Shown here in pieces: positions 40,901-55,030 of a stretch of 64,000 nucleotides of DNA (positions are counted from its first letter, which is position 1; every line of letters begins with the position of its first letter). The notes below the pieces were generated by a model that searched no databases, was not told the origin of the DNA, and saw only the letters and a program-made list of their open reading frames with translations. This DNA comes from Adineta vaga (lineage: Eukaryota; Animalia; Rotifera): the NCBI GenBank assembly GCA_021613535.1, contig CP075493.1:2728001-2792000 (forward strand), in the 5' to 3' direction. A program made the position numbers and the translations under genes.

Positions 40901-43900
40901 AAAAATAAATGAAGAAAATAGAAATACTTCAGGATTCCGAACAGGTGTATTGATTAGATGAGTTAATCCATCAACTTGATTTCTTAAATGTTTTTCACCT
41001 TGTCGAAGTTCAATACATTCAGCTCGTAATTGCTAAAATATTTCGATTACAAATCAAACAAAAAAAAACAGCAGAATTCAAATTCTTTACTTCAATCGTT
41101 TCCAAATGTCTTTGTGTCTGTGTATTTAAATCTCGAATTAAATTTTGACTTTTCTAAAAAAGAGAATTTTGTTTTCATTTCTGATTGATCATTCATTCAA
41201 TGACAAAAACGAACTTCGTCTTGCCATCCCGTTGAATTTGAATCTGGTGGCAACATTAATGTAAATGGTGTATTTAATCGAGTTGTTACTTCACTAATTG
41301 CCTCTTCCAATTGCTATGAAACATCACTTAACATTGATTTATTTTCAAGCTAATCTTACTTCAATGATTCGATCACGATTATCCAATGCTTGTTGATATT
41401 CATCAATATTAATATTTGGACTCGCTCGATCTTGCTATGATAAATAAACAAAATCATCGTATCCAAAGAAAAAGAAAATTCTTGTTTTTACACTTGAAAA
41501 ACAAACTATATCGAAGTCGAAATAGCTAAGAACTACAAAGAAATGTGAATACTAACCACAGGATAAGTGAAACGAATTCGAGCAATTAATGGCTAAAAGA
41601 AAGAATGATTGAATGAATTAAGCGAACATTTGATTTTTATACTTCTAATCGATGTTTTTCATAATCAGCCGTTTGTCCTTGTTGTTGTTCAACTAATCGC
41701 TAAAAGAAGAAGAAGAAGAAGTATGAAATGCGATACGAAATGAAAATAATCCGTACAGTAATTTGTGCTTCATATTCAGATTGTAAACGTTGTAAGACTC
41801 GTTCAGCTTTAGATTGTTGTTGTTGATAGTTTTGTATTTGAATTTCATATTGTTGAATTTGTCGACGAGCACGATCCAAATCAGCAAGAGTCTAAATAAA
41901 AGAGTCAACAAAATTTATTGTAGTGAGAAAAACGTTTTTCATTTACTCTATTCAAATCGTTCAACTTTAGTATTGATGAGTCAACTTGCTGTGAAAACAT
42001 GTTGTTAAAATAGAAAAAATGAATTTTTACATTCTTACTTGTTGTAATGAATAAATTTGCTCTTGTAATTTTCTTTCTCGTTCTTTACTTTCGTTTAATT
42101 CTACCTGAAAACTATTCGAATTTAAAAATGTACTTGACATTCCAGCCGTCGTCTGATCTAAAGCTGAATCGATTGATGATGATGTTGTAGTTAGAAGATT
42201 TCGGCCTGGTCGACTGTCCGGTTGTATCTTATATTTTTGTAAAGTTTGTCGAAGTTGTTCATTATCTCTTCGATATTTTTCAAGTTCTTCTCGAAATGCA
42301 CGTCGTTCATCATCATAATCGAAATTATAAAGAGTTTGAGGACCATCACTTTGCTGTGTTGATTGGGAAAAGAGACTTGAAGAAAAAAAAAAGAGAAAAT
42401 TATTTAAATGTTCTTTCGAGGTTAAGTATTTGTTGGATTTGACAAAAAAGAAAGAAATGTCTTGTCAACACTTTCCTTTTGTCTATCTAAACTTATTGTA
42501 ACATTACATCTGACCAGAATGTTTACTTTCAATAGATGAAAAAAATAACCTTGAAGTACGAGACAGAGATGTATCGATGACTTCATAACTACACAATAAA
42601 TGATATCTATTGTTGACTATCAGATGTCTTTCTCATTCCTATGGCTTGATGAATTTCTTTATTGTCAGAACATACCGTCGACGAAGTTGTTCAATTTCAT
42701 TTTGAAGTTGATGCACATAAGTCTATATAGAAGAAAATAAAAATACGAATAGAATTTTCTTCATACTGTTTGTGTTGAATATTCATTTTGATTTCCAGAA
42801 GGTTGATTTTGTTCTTCGAGGAAATAGATACGTAATTTTAAATTGAAATTTTCACGTTTCAGATCTTGAACTTCCTAAGAAAATAAAAAATTGTCATTTT
42901 CTAATTAGTCTTTGAAAATCTTTCTTTTAGCCAACCTCCTCTGCCATATTGCAATGTATCTTTCAAGTGTTATACTACTAAACCGAACACATTAGAGACA
43001 TAAACGCATATACATTGAGATATCTTTTCTTTCTCTCTCTCTCTCTCTCCTTCTCACGATCAAATGAATGTATGATACATGATATACCGAGGCCAATAAA
43101 TGAAAAAAAACCACCGATATGAAGCGTAAAAATACCTTTGTTATTCGTTGCAAAAGAGAAGAAAACGAGGTAATATGACATAAATATATACATATATAGA
43201 CATCGACGATAAAGGAGAAAAGGATGGAATGTGTCAATATATAGATTTAAAGAAGAAGAGAGAAGAAAAATTTAATCTGTCATCTACAGGGTCATACAAG
43301 ACGATTAATATCAAGCAGAAAAAAGGATTTAAATGTACATATATATATCTCTCTCATATTAACAATCCTTCATAAGTATGTTGAAATATAATGATGGTTA
43401 CAATTTCAAACAATTTGTTTCTTTTAAAAACATTGATCTAATGTCGAAGAAAGAATTCCTCTTTTTTCTCCCTTTATTGAATCGATTTATTGAAGGTTCT
43501 TATCAACAACCATCTATAAATCCTTTTAATCATAAAATTAACGAAGAAATGTAATAATCATTAAAATCGAAATTTTCATTTTTTTTCTTTTCTTTCGTTG
43601 AGAATATCATAAAAGAGGATCATTATGTTAGAATTTCACTGAATAACATGTGCCTGTTAGATGAAATGAATCTTTTGTAGTTTATAAAAAACATTACAAA
43701 TTTCATGTCAAATGAAATTCAATGACTTAAATAGTAGTTGTTATAAACTCATAAATCGATTGTAATGTTGAAGAAGAAATCTACTTGTATTGTATTTTTT
43801 TATTTGAAATATAAAAAAAAACGAAATGAAAACCTTCAAATTCCGTTTAATATGAGAGCAATTCATGAAAGAACGCTATCTTCTTATTGAAATTAGATCT

Positions 43901-44391
43901 TTTGTTGTTCTATTTTACAAAAATATTCACAGACATTGTCCTTCAATCTCAAATAGCTTTATCAAACAATTTCAAAGAAAATAATTCAAATCTCTATTAT
44001 ATTTTCATAGAATCGAGTTTTAAAAGATAATTTTCTATCTCTTTTAACAAAGAAGCGTAAGAATAATTAGATCAATACATTAGTAATATTACGAATCACA
44101 ATAAGATTTAGTTCTATTAGAAAACAGCGGAATATCTAACTCATATTTACCGTATGAAATCTTCTGAAGAGTAGAGAAAAAGAATAGATGGTTTCTTAGA
44201 ATGCATAACATACTTTATCATAATCACGAACTGTGAATGTTGGCGTTGAACCTAATTCAGGTAATGGTGTATTTGTTAATGGAGTTTCTAAAAAGACATT
44301 TATAGTGCAAATCGAGATAAAATCTTAAATGAGAAATATTTATACCTTCAGATTCATGTGAGGAAAGTATTTCTTGATTGTTATTGTCCAT
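31385..44391 (-). CDS. CDK5RAP2: CDK5RAP2/myomegalin/centrosomin-family pericentriolar scaffold (many exons)
   Basis: CM1 motif TVRDYDK|EVQDLKRENFNLKLRIYFLEE (44214 / 42874), long coiled coils and a C-terminal CM2-like LNNLQKARSNME. Orthology to CDK5RAP2 versus PDE4DIP is unresolved. Confidence 0.85.
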
Positions 44392-45470
44392 AAATGGTTG
44401 ATGACGATCTAAATTTAGTTATTCATCTTATTAAGATCAATGCAATGAATTACCGCCGATTATGGATCATCCCTTGTTGCTAGGAACAACCTGATTACTA
44501 AACATTCTGATGTATTAGATAGAACATAATATATCTTTTTATTATTTAAGAATAAAACTTATTTTCAAATATAAATTTTCTTTTTTTTTCTGTTAAACTA
44601 GATGGCGCTTTCGTCCATGTAATTTAGTAAATGTGTTATTCATGAATATACTCATGCTAATAGAAGTGTAAAGTTAAGATTGTTACATACATTTTTAAGA
44701 AAACGAAAGAGATAAATAAGGAAGAACTTTACCGTTGTATTTGTTTCAATATATCTACGTACATGTCTTCAAATATCTTTTGTATTCATAGCGGTCGTTA
44801 TCTGCGATTTGTTGTCACTATTGACTTGATGGATATACGTTTTCATTTGTCTTATATATTCTTCTTATTCTGTAATGCTTTTAAAAAAAGACAAGAATGA
44901 GAATGATTGTTACTGTTCTCGTCCTTTTGGCATCATTCCCGTGGTCGTCATCGTTGACATATCGTTTTGTATTGTTCGGTTAAAAACGACACAGAGAGAG
45001 AGAGAATACGTAGGTAAGGAGACAATACCAAGGATTGAAATGGATATATCGAATCTATTGATTGATCGACGAACTGAGATACATATTTGGCGGAAAAGGA
45101 GAGTGATACTTTATTCTGAATAGTTATCATGTGAATTTACACGTGGTCAAAAAACAAACATTTATACCCATCACAGGATGATCTATGAATTTCAATTTGA
45201 GCGACCGTGTTGCACAGCAATTACATCGACGTAGTTGAGGTTTGTCAGACATCAGATACGGGTCGTTACACAATTGTTCTACAAAAAATATCTACGAGTC
45301 AAGAAGTACAATTTTAGACGCACTGAAATATATTGACACGTAATGAAAACATTTTTCTTTCTTTGAATAAATAAAAATCTACTTATACAATAAAACAAAA
45401 TATGCTGGTTTACTTCAAGAATATTATGACTGAAAATGATGTATTTGTTTTTCGAGAAATAAAGAAAGAA

Positions 45471-46541
45471 TTATTCCCATGTCGATGCACAATAGAGTTG
45501 TTCCAATGATTTTAACATCACTCGAGCTGTTTGTCCGATAGAATCAACAGCAATTGACCATTGATAAAGCATTAATTTGACTTCTTCATTATTATTTAAA
45601 TCTACTGTTGAGACAGGTGATGTCGTTGGAGTTTTTCGAGATTTTTTCGGTACTTTTCGTTTGGCATCTGTTGTGAATTGTTCCTATAAACGTTCAAACT
45701 ATGCATAACTTTTAGAATATAAAAATTCTTTTCCTACCGTTGCGACTCGATTAGCATTATTAACAATAATTTCAAGTAATTCATCAAACGTTTTTGGTTT
45801 ATCTTCTTTTACACCTTGAATAATATTATTCAATGGTGTCAATGTTTGTTGTGTGATCATATTGAATAGATAGTTATCATAACGTTCTGATCTACTTAAA
45901 ACTGTTACAACTCGATTTGTAACATTTTTTAATGTCGAAAATATTCTTTCTACCATTTGAGTATTTAAATCTGGATGAAGATGTTTCAATAACCATTCAG
46001 GTAAAGTACCATTTGTTAGTAATTGATCATGAATAACGTCCAAATGAGTTGCATTAATAATACTACCAATCATATGTTCTAAATCGAATTCAGTTTCGAT
46101 AGTAGTCAATATACCATTACCTAATTTTTCATAATCAATTTCACGTATAATCATACGCATAACAGCATCTGTATCAATATTTTCTCGAAGTTTATTCATT
46201 GAATCATTATTATTGAGAATTAATAGAGCAACATTGGTGAAATTAACATCACGAATAGTATTTGCAATCATTTGTTCAACGATTGTACCACGAACAGGAG
46301 CGGAACTACTACTTTTGCCAATAGTTTCATCAACTAGAAAACGTTTTTGTCGTTGATGAGGATTTTCTTCAACTAATGACGAAGCACGATAAGAACGCAT
46401 TGCCAATTGAGCAATTTCGGGAATAATTGTTGTCAAACTACTTGTTGTTCGAAGTAAAGCACAAGAACTTGTACTCAATTGAGCAAAAACATTTGTTTGC
46501 AATAAACTAATACAAACAACAACGATTACTAAAATACGCAT
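45471..46541 (-). CDS. Orphan secreted protein, two exons
   Basis: Signal peptide MRILVIVVVCISLLQTNVFA, furin-like RQKR site; ends LEQLYCASTWE*. Confidence 0.75.
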
Positions 46542-46812
46542 CTCTTTCTAAGAAGATCAAAGTTATTATAATACTCTATGCAGCATTATTCCTTTATATA
46601 TATATATATATCCTCGATTGTTTATTTCCAATTATTTCTCAAGTATTTAACAATTACTTGTATAACGAATGGTATGTTAACAACATTTCAAAATAAATAG
46701 ATCTGAATGTAACTTCTCATCGATCATTACTGCGTTTTTTTGTTAGGAAGAATTCTTTTACATTCTGTATAGTTTATTTCTACATGTAATATACACTAAA
46801 TCAATAGATGTT

Positions 46813-47776
46813 TCATAAACGTCCACGAATTTTCAAAAAATAATATAAAGTTCCAGCAATAGCACCACCAATATGTCCAGCTGATCCAATATTTCCTTGA
46901 CGATGGGTAACTGCTCGATAGAGATCATACGCAACAAATGCACCGACGGCAGCAATTACTGGCATGGGTACAATGAAGAAAAGAAGAACAGGATCGAATG
47001 GACGAAGAAATGCATAGAGTATAGTCATACCCATTGTTACACCTACAATAAAACGAACATGATTGGAAGAAGAAAAACAAAATTATCGTGGAAACAAACC
47101 TGATGCACCTACAGCAGGTAAATTAGGTCTTCGATCATAAAATCGTTGATAAAAGATATGCGCAAGTGAACATCCCACTGCACTAACAAGAAATAATTGA
47201 GTAAACGCTGGTAAACCAATTTGACTCAGTACAAGTGGTCCTAAACATTCAATCAATTGTTGTCTTCGAAAGTCGAACACCTGAATGACATCTTACCAAA
47301 ACTATATAAAACTAAGTTATTAATAAAAAAATGCATCAAATCAAAATGACTGAATGCCGATGTAAGTAATGTCCAAACACGATTTTCTTGAACTACTCCA
47401 TTCCATGATACCACTATCGAAAAGAAAAACTGAAATGTTAATTTTCTTGATTATTTCAAACAAATATACTGAAATTCTTCGTCAAAAACCATAATAAACG
47501 TTGATCATGATTAGTTCGAAGATTTGCATAAGCAAATTTCCAAGTAATAAAAACAAATCCATTGACAGCAATGATTCCAAGTATGATATTTTTTTCATTA
47601 ATAAAACCAAATGGTCGTTGATTATTTGAACGAGACGATGAAGACATTGAAGAACGTATTTTTTCCGTTAAAAGTGACGAACGAAGTGCACGGCGTGGTT
47701 TTTCACTCGTTAATTGACGACGACAAATAAGTAGAGGAGTTTGTCGAGAAACTAATGTTCGTAATAAGAAATTCAT
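46813..47776 (-). CDS. Rhomboid intramembrane serine protease, PARL-like
   Basis: Arg-rich presequence-like N-terminus, RVWTLLTSAFSH..HFFINN, GASG (catalytic Ser) and SAGHIGG (catalytic His). Confidence 0.88.
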
Positions 47777-47965
47777 CGTTTATCTTATCTGAAACAAGCC
47801 ATGAACGCATAGAATGATTCACATTTTTTAATCTATTCAAAATAGCGTATGATTCTCTGAGAGTAAAGATGAAGCGAATTTAAATGTATCAGTTTTGTTT
47901 TTTATTAATCATTTTTTCAAAACACAACTAATCTCGGAAAAGCGAGAAAAGGTATTGTATGAATT

Positions 47966-48864
47966 TTAGCGTCGTCGTTCTTGTTTTTGAGCTCGCTGTT
48001 GTGCTTTCTTTTTTCTATCCTCATCTTTCTGTTTTTGATTGTTAGCATCGATTTTATTCTTTTCTTGTTGTTTCTTATGAACCTAAAATGTCAAAAGAAT
48101 CCATTTTAAACAAGATTTTGCAAAACACAAAAGAAAGTTCTTACGTCATGCTGCAATTCTCTTGATTTTCTTTCACGATCTTCAATTTCCTGTGCATTAT
48201 TATTTTGAAATAAACTATTTCCACTTGTCTCTTGATCATCATCATAATCAAGTTCATCTTCAGAAATTTCTGAATATTTCGCTAAAACTTGAGATTTATG
48301 TTTTCGTAAGGCAACATCGTCAGCTGATTTGTTCGAATTAAGATCGCTAGAAGATTTTTGTTGTTTAGTACTTGATTCCATTCGATTCATTGCATTAATT
48401 AAAGCTGTACTGATAGCATCATCATTGTCTTTATCAGTAACTACAATTATTTCAATATTCGATCAAAATTTATTTGTTTTAAAGAAGATTAATGGTCAAA
48501 TTTCAATATTTATTACCTACTCGATTGTTCATAGAATTTTCACGATGATTAGTTTCATTTTGTGATTGATACCATTGATCGAGTATTTGTTGACTAAGAC
48601 CATCGATATTATTATTATGCTAATAAATTGAAATTAACACGTCTATTTATATGTTTTTCAAAGATGAATTTTTACTTTTAAATCAAGATCAACGAGTAAT
48701 TCACCAATGGCTATTAGTTTTTCTTCATCAGTTTCACTATCACTTGTAACAATTCCAAGTAAATACTGAACAAAATCACTCATATCAGCATTATTTGATT
48801 GTAAATCATTGAGTAAGGATCGAATCCAGTCGTCAAATGATGATGAAGATATTGCTTCTGCCAT
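47966..48864 (-). CDS. CCDC43: Coiled-coil domain-containing protein 43
   Basis: FDDWI..FVQYLLGIV..EEK, LAKYSEIS, LFQNNNA, ending AQKQERRR*. Confidence 0.8.
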
Positions 48865-49992
48865 TGGACAAAACTCACGTCAAGATCTAAAAATACTATT
48901 AGAAAATTGGGTCAAGTTATAGAATCGATACACAACACAAATATATATGAAGAAAAATAGATGTTCGAATGTTATGTCACAAACAGTAGTAATAGTAGTT
49001 ATTGATGAAAATTTTGTATTGGATATTATGTGATTTCACAATTCGATAGATGACACTTTCTTACAATCATATTATTCTTTTCTTGAAAATATTAGTATAT
49101 CAGATAGTAATATTATGAAGATCTCTGTAATTCTGTGTCTCATACTGTTTTAAAATGATCTTATCAAACACGTGTAGTTTATACTGTATGATCTAAATTA
49201 CATGAAGAATCTACATTCATTTCAACATATGACCTTGATTTTCAGTCTACTAAGATAAACATTACCCGTTCGAAAAATATGGAGGAAAATTCCTCATTGT
49301 GAGAAGAATTCATGACATGATGTCTCACCAGTAATTATTTATTAATATAATTGATGAATTTCTTACAATAAACTTGATTTATAGTATATCGTTCTTTTTT
49401 TCACACACATTGATGGAATGTGAGGGAGATATAATGTACATAGTATCATTCTACATACCAAGAGGTTATCATCAGTAAAGAAAGATCGCAAAAACTACGT
49501 TATTATTGTTTTAATTCGTTCGATACAAGTATGTAGAAATTAACTGATTCTCTTTAAGAAGCGTTTGCATTCGAACAAAATAGCAATGATGTCGCTTTAT
49601 TCTTCATTTTCATTCAAACTATAGTGATATATTTGTTAATATCGTTCGTTTTTTCACCTTCAGGCATTTTGATTACTGATCATTGAAGTAAAATCAATCG
49701 AATCGAAAATAACTGTTCTCTTTTAATATCTTATAAAAACAAATGAAAAAAGCGTAATCATTGCTCATAAATATAGATTGAACATATTCTTTGACCGTTA
49801 CTCTCTCTCTCTCTTCCTCTCTTTCTCTTCGTTCGTTTTCTTTTTAAGTTGACACCCTGTCACTTCCAATGTTTGTATAAGCCATTTGGCCAGTCAGCGT
49901 GTAGATGTAAATGTGATTAATGACATTGTTGACAATCGTCGATATACATATATTAGAACGAATACAAAGTACACAATTCTCATTTGTATATC

Positions 49993-52120
49993 ATGAATCG
50001 TTCTATCTTATCATTCATTGTTGTAATATTTCTTTCTTTTGCAAATCTTAATTCAATTTCAATAAAATATCGTCGATGGTGTTCACCATGGAAATTTTGT
50101 TCATTAACAGCATGGAAAGCTTGGAGTCCATGTGATAAAACATGTGGTGGTGGTCAACGAACACGTTTTCGACAAATGTGTTCGTTACCTGTGATTGATT
50201 TTGCTCAACATATAGCAACATGTAATCGAAAAGTTAGTGATCTAATTCAATATGAAAATTGTTCACAAATATGTTCACCTTATGGTACATGGTCGAATGA
50301 AACCAATCAATGTGTATGTAATGATGACAGTATTGTTGATTCATGTTGTATGACGGGTAAGAAATGAAGGTGTTGTTATTTTTTGAAGTATATTATTTTT
50401 CTAGATCGTGGACGATGGTCGGAATGGTCATCATGGTCACGATGTATAGCAAAATGTGGAACATATGGTGTACGTAATAGAACACGAATGTGTGTATGGA
50501 AAAATGATCTTGTACGACGAGATGTTAAGAATATAAATTGTGTGGGAGATCGTGTTGAATATGACAGTTGTTTAAAAGAGTGTTATGAATCAGGTATGAG
50601 TTGTTTTCTATGAAATTGTAAAGAAGAAGTTTACTTTTGTAGAATATGATGAAGAATATTTTGATAAAATGCCAAGTAATACAACAGTTATGATGGGTAA
50701 ACATGCACAATTTGTCTGTAAACAAAAAAATGGAATAATTAAATGGTAAATTTAATTTCTATCTAATCAGAAGCAAAATCTACTCGTCACTTACGATAGT
50801 TCATTCTAAATGATAATCTATTTTCATTGTTCTAGGTTAATCAATGATCAAGATGTATCAATTCATTCGATTCAAAATCCTTCTATAAAAGTTGTTTCAA
50901 ATACAACAACATTATTTATCTATCCTGTAACAAAATATTTCTCATCAGAAACTCGAATAACTTGTCAGATAAATATGTCCAATGGTGAACATATTAGTCG
51001 TCATGCTTGGATGATAATTGATACACATGAAAATGATCCTGAAAATTCAATTGATAATCAATGTGCATTAATTAAACCATTGGAATCAGTTTATTATGTT
51101 CGATTAGGATCAAGTTTTTCTATTCAATGTCAAGCTAAAACATCAAATGCAACGATATTATGGCAAAAAAATGGAGCTCTCATTCAAGGCAATGGAATTG
51201 ATAATACACAAATTTTAATTGAATATATGTTATTTATTGATACAATAAATATAAATCATAATACAAGTTATTCATGTACTGTTCAAACAACATCAAAATG
51301 TAAACAAACATCTTATTGGACATTATTTGTTTTTGAAAATACTCGTCAAATATCTGATAGATTTCAATCAAATCCATTGAATTTTGTTGGAACACATGGT
51401 ATTGTTCTTCCAAATTCATCACCATGGCATGTGACAATATCATATCATGATTTATCCGTTCAATTTTCATATGATGCATTCTGTTCAGGTTTATTAATTG
51501 ATGAAGATACTATATTAAGTGTCTCTCAATGTTTCGATCAATCATCTTCATTACAAACATTTCTTCAACAACAACAATTAACATTTGATCTAACAAAATT
51601 AATTATTTATGTGGCTAAATATGATCGTTTAAGTACGAGTTCATTCGAACGTCAATCATCTGTTATTGAAATATTAAATACATCAAATGATTTCGTTCTA
51701 TTAAAAGTTCATTTACTTTTTCTTAGTATTGAATCTCGTCCATTACCATTACCTACCATGAATGATATGACAATATTAATCAATAATATATCTCTATATG
51801 CAACTGGTTGGGGACCATTATCAACAAATTCAGATAAACCAATACGTCTTAAATATATTCAACAACGATTAATTCAATGTAATCAAACATTATCATCACC
51901 AATGACATTATGTACAACAGCAATGGCAATAAAACAACCGAATCTATGTCCAGGTGATGCAGGTGGTATACTTTTTGCTCAAACAAATCAACGAATATTC
52001 GCTGTTGGTCTCATATCACGTTTTTCAAAAACATTTTGTGATATGCGTTCAGTACAAATAACAACTATCCTTCGTTTAGATACAATATTAACTTGGTTAA
52101 AACAAAATTCTCTTGATTAA
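49993..52120 (+). CDS. Secreted TSP1-TSP1-Ig-Ig-trypsin-like protein (probable pseudoprotease)
   Basis: Signal peptide, WKAWSPCDKTCGGGQRTRFR, WSEWSSWSRC..RNRTRMC, two Ig-like C..W..C units and a trypsin fold (SPWHV, CSGLLI, ATGWG, CPGDAGG). Confidence 0.85.
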
Positions 52121-55030
52121 AATTTTTCTCATTTTGTATATTTAAATATAAACGCACTTATAAGATTTAATTTACCTGCTGAATGTAGTGTGGAAGGAAC
52201 ATTCATATACGTCAGTCAAGACTTCTGAACTTGGATTCACTCAACTAAATTAACAGACAAACAATGTGATTATCAACTGGAAGAATTTTTCCATTGATGA
52301 CAACTAAACAGATGTCTAGAGAGAATATTCTCATAATAGAGAAGTTGATCATGCCTATTTCGAATAGATGACGAGAAAAAAACTATAATTTCTATGATTC
52401 AATAAATAGACGATAATAATATTTCAGACATCTCTATCCAAATAACTATCACCTTGAAACTTTCTTGATCGATATGAGAACCAAATTCTCGCAATAAATA
52501 AAGTAAAAACGATTTCTTTTCTTTTTCTCCGTTTTCTCTAAGTGTTATATAATGACTTTTATTCATTGGATATTTTTGATCAGATTTAAATTTAGAATAT
52601 TCATTATCTTCAATCCATATTTACTTAAGCTAACATACCTGATGTTTACAGAAAATTTCACCTGTATTTTTTTCTATAAATAACAATGATTGAATATTTC
52701 TAGAAACGCAAAATGAATGAAAACATCAGATGTTACTTTGATTAAATTTTCAATACTGCTACTTAATTAGTAAGGACATTTATAGATGCGTGTATTCTTA
52801 ACTCAAACAATGTCTAGTCAAGTAAATTATATTTTTATATTTTGAAGGGCGTGGTAAGGATATGATGAGAAAAAAAAGAATTCTTCAATTGAGTAAGAAG
52901 AATGGGATCTAGATATATGGCTGAGACAGGATAGAAAATCTTCTGTAGATAATAATAGTGATTATTCAAAAGTAACTCTGTTTTTGTCTGCCAAAGCGCT
53001 AATAATTTACTCCTTTTTTCATTCTACTTGTACCCATACAATCATCTGATAATCTTAGTCAATATCTATAAAAAAAGATCTTTCCCGGGATGTCATATTT
53101 TAACACATTATAGAATAAAATCTTTTTTTTTTATCGAGGTAAAGATTGAGTTGCTAAGCGAAAAGTAAGTTTGCAACTTAATTGACTAAAAATAAACTTT
53201 GAAAATTGAGACTAATCATGATAAAATATAAAGTGCATTTATCATCATACTTCTAACATGATTTGAATAGTTTTGAATTAGAAATGAGAAAAATATTCTT
53301 AGTTGTTTTCTTTACAAATATTAAATTGAATCTTATAAATAAATGACAAGTGCATAAAAGAAGTTTTCTTTTTCAAATGAATTTAAATATAGACGAGAAG
53401 AGATGTATTCGATTTGACATGTTGTTTTTCTACGATATCAAAGAAATTCTCATCGACACCCTTGTCAAAGAAGAAAAGAAAAAGTTCTTTTTGTAGAACT
53501 AATTGTCTCTTTAGTTAGAAAAAAAAGAACACCTAAAATAAGTACAAAGTTTAATGAAAGACTAGCAAAATAATATACTTTGACGTACTTAATATTCTGT
53601 TAGAATGAATATTGTTTGGAAAGAAAAAGATTCATGTTTGTCTTAGGATATACATTTTCAAAAGTACTTTCCTTACTTTATTTAAGTGATGGGTCAAGTA
53701 TGTATTTAAAAACTTTATCCTTATCAATTTTATTCGACATTGTTATTATCGGTACGTAAGAATTCAATATCCGATTAAAATTTCAATTAAAATCTATCGA
53801 CACATTCTCCATAAGACTTCTTCTGAAAGGAAAAAAACAAGGCGATACATGAATGGCTTTATCCGTCTAATATTAAGACAAATTAATTCTTGTTTTTCAT
53901 CGAGAAAATTTTCATTGATTACTTACAACATTTGAATTAGTACCAAAAACGATCATATCTCGATTTCTTCGTTTCTGTTGCTTCAGTTTTTTACTTATTA
54001 TTATGTCTTCAAAGATAGCTTAGAATATCGATATTAAAAAAATACTTCCTGAAATATCATTATCTCTACGCCTAAAGACGTTCTCTACTACATCAAGTTG
54101 AGAAGAAATGACTGAAATAATTGAATATTTCGTAAAATGTTACAAAATCTTTCCCGCAGTATTAACCTCTTTTTGACAAATATATCTTTTTCAATATGTC
54201 AAATTTAACTTCCGGTTGAGAAAATATATGACAAATATTATTTATGCAAGTCGAATAAATAATCATCAAGAAATTTCATTCTTTCACTTGTTCTCTCTCT
54301 CTCCCTCTTTCTTTGCACCAGAACTAGTCTGTACTGAGTTAACTATAAACAAGATGAAATTTGTGAAATAACAAAATTTAGTTAATTAATTCTTTTGGAT
54401 TGCTTTACAATCATCATTATTCGAGACGAGTATAAATCAAAAAGAAAACTTTCATAAAGATGAATATATCTATATGCGCTACGTGTTTCTCTCTCTCTCT
54501 CTACACTTGATCTCTTGTTTTTTCTTTCTTTTCTTTCGTATCTATACATTCATGTAGTCAGTTTTTCCTCATTTATTCTCAATCTATCGTGATGAATTAG
54601 TTTACGACTTTGTATTGAACGATTCATTTGCGTTTTTCTATTTATTTTCAGCGGATCTTTTCCTAAGGTTTGGACTTGTATCATCTTATTTAGTATGAAG
54701 ATTGTTTTTTTTAATATTATTAGGACATAGAGGAAATAACTTGCGTGAGAAAGATCCTTTCAATTTGGTTTCCTATAGAGGCACATTTGCACATCTCATG
54801 TTTCTTTTCTCCTCTTATTCTGCAAGCAATCACCACTTATAATTATCATGTGCTCATTGTATTCTTACTAGTAGTAATCATCATCACAATGATGTATTTT
54901 TATCATTTGAATGTATAATTGTAGATACATCGCAATATTTATATTCTCAAAAAGCATTTTTTACAAGAGTACTTCGTGCATTCATATTGATATATTCTTT
55001 ATTTATAGACATCATCTTATCTTTTCGAAG

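Noticed and set aside
34931-43237. Numerous 60-95 aa ORFs within CDK5RAP2
   Set aside because: Antisense or intron read-through frames of a multi-exon gene.
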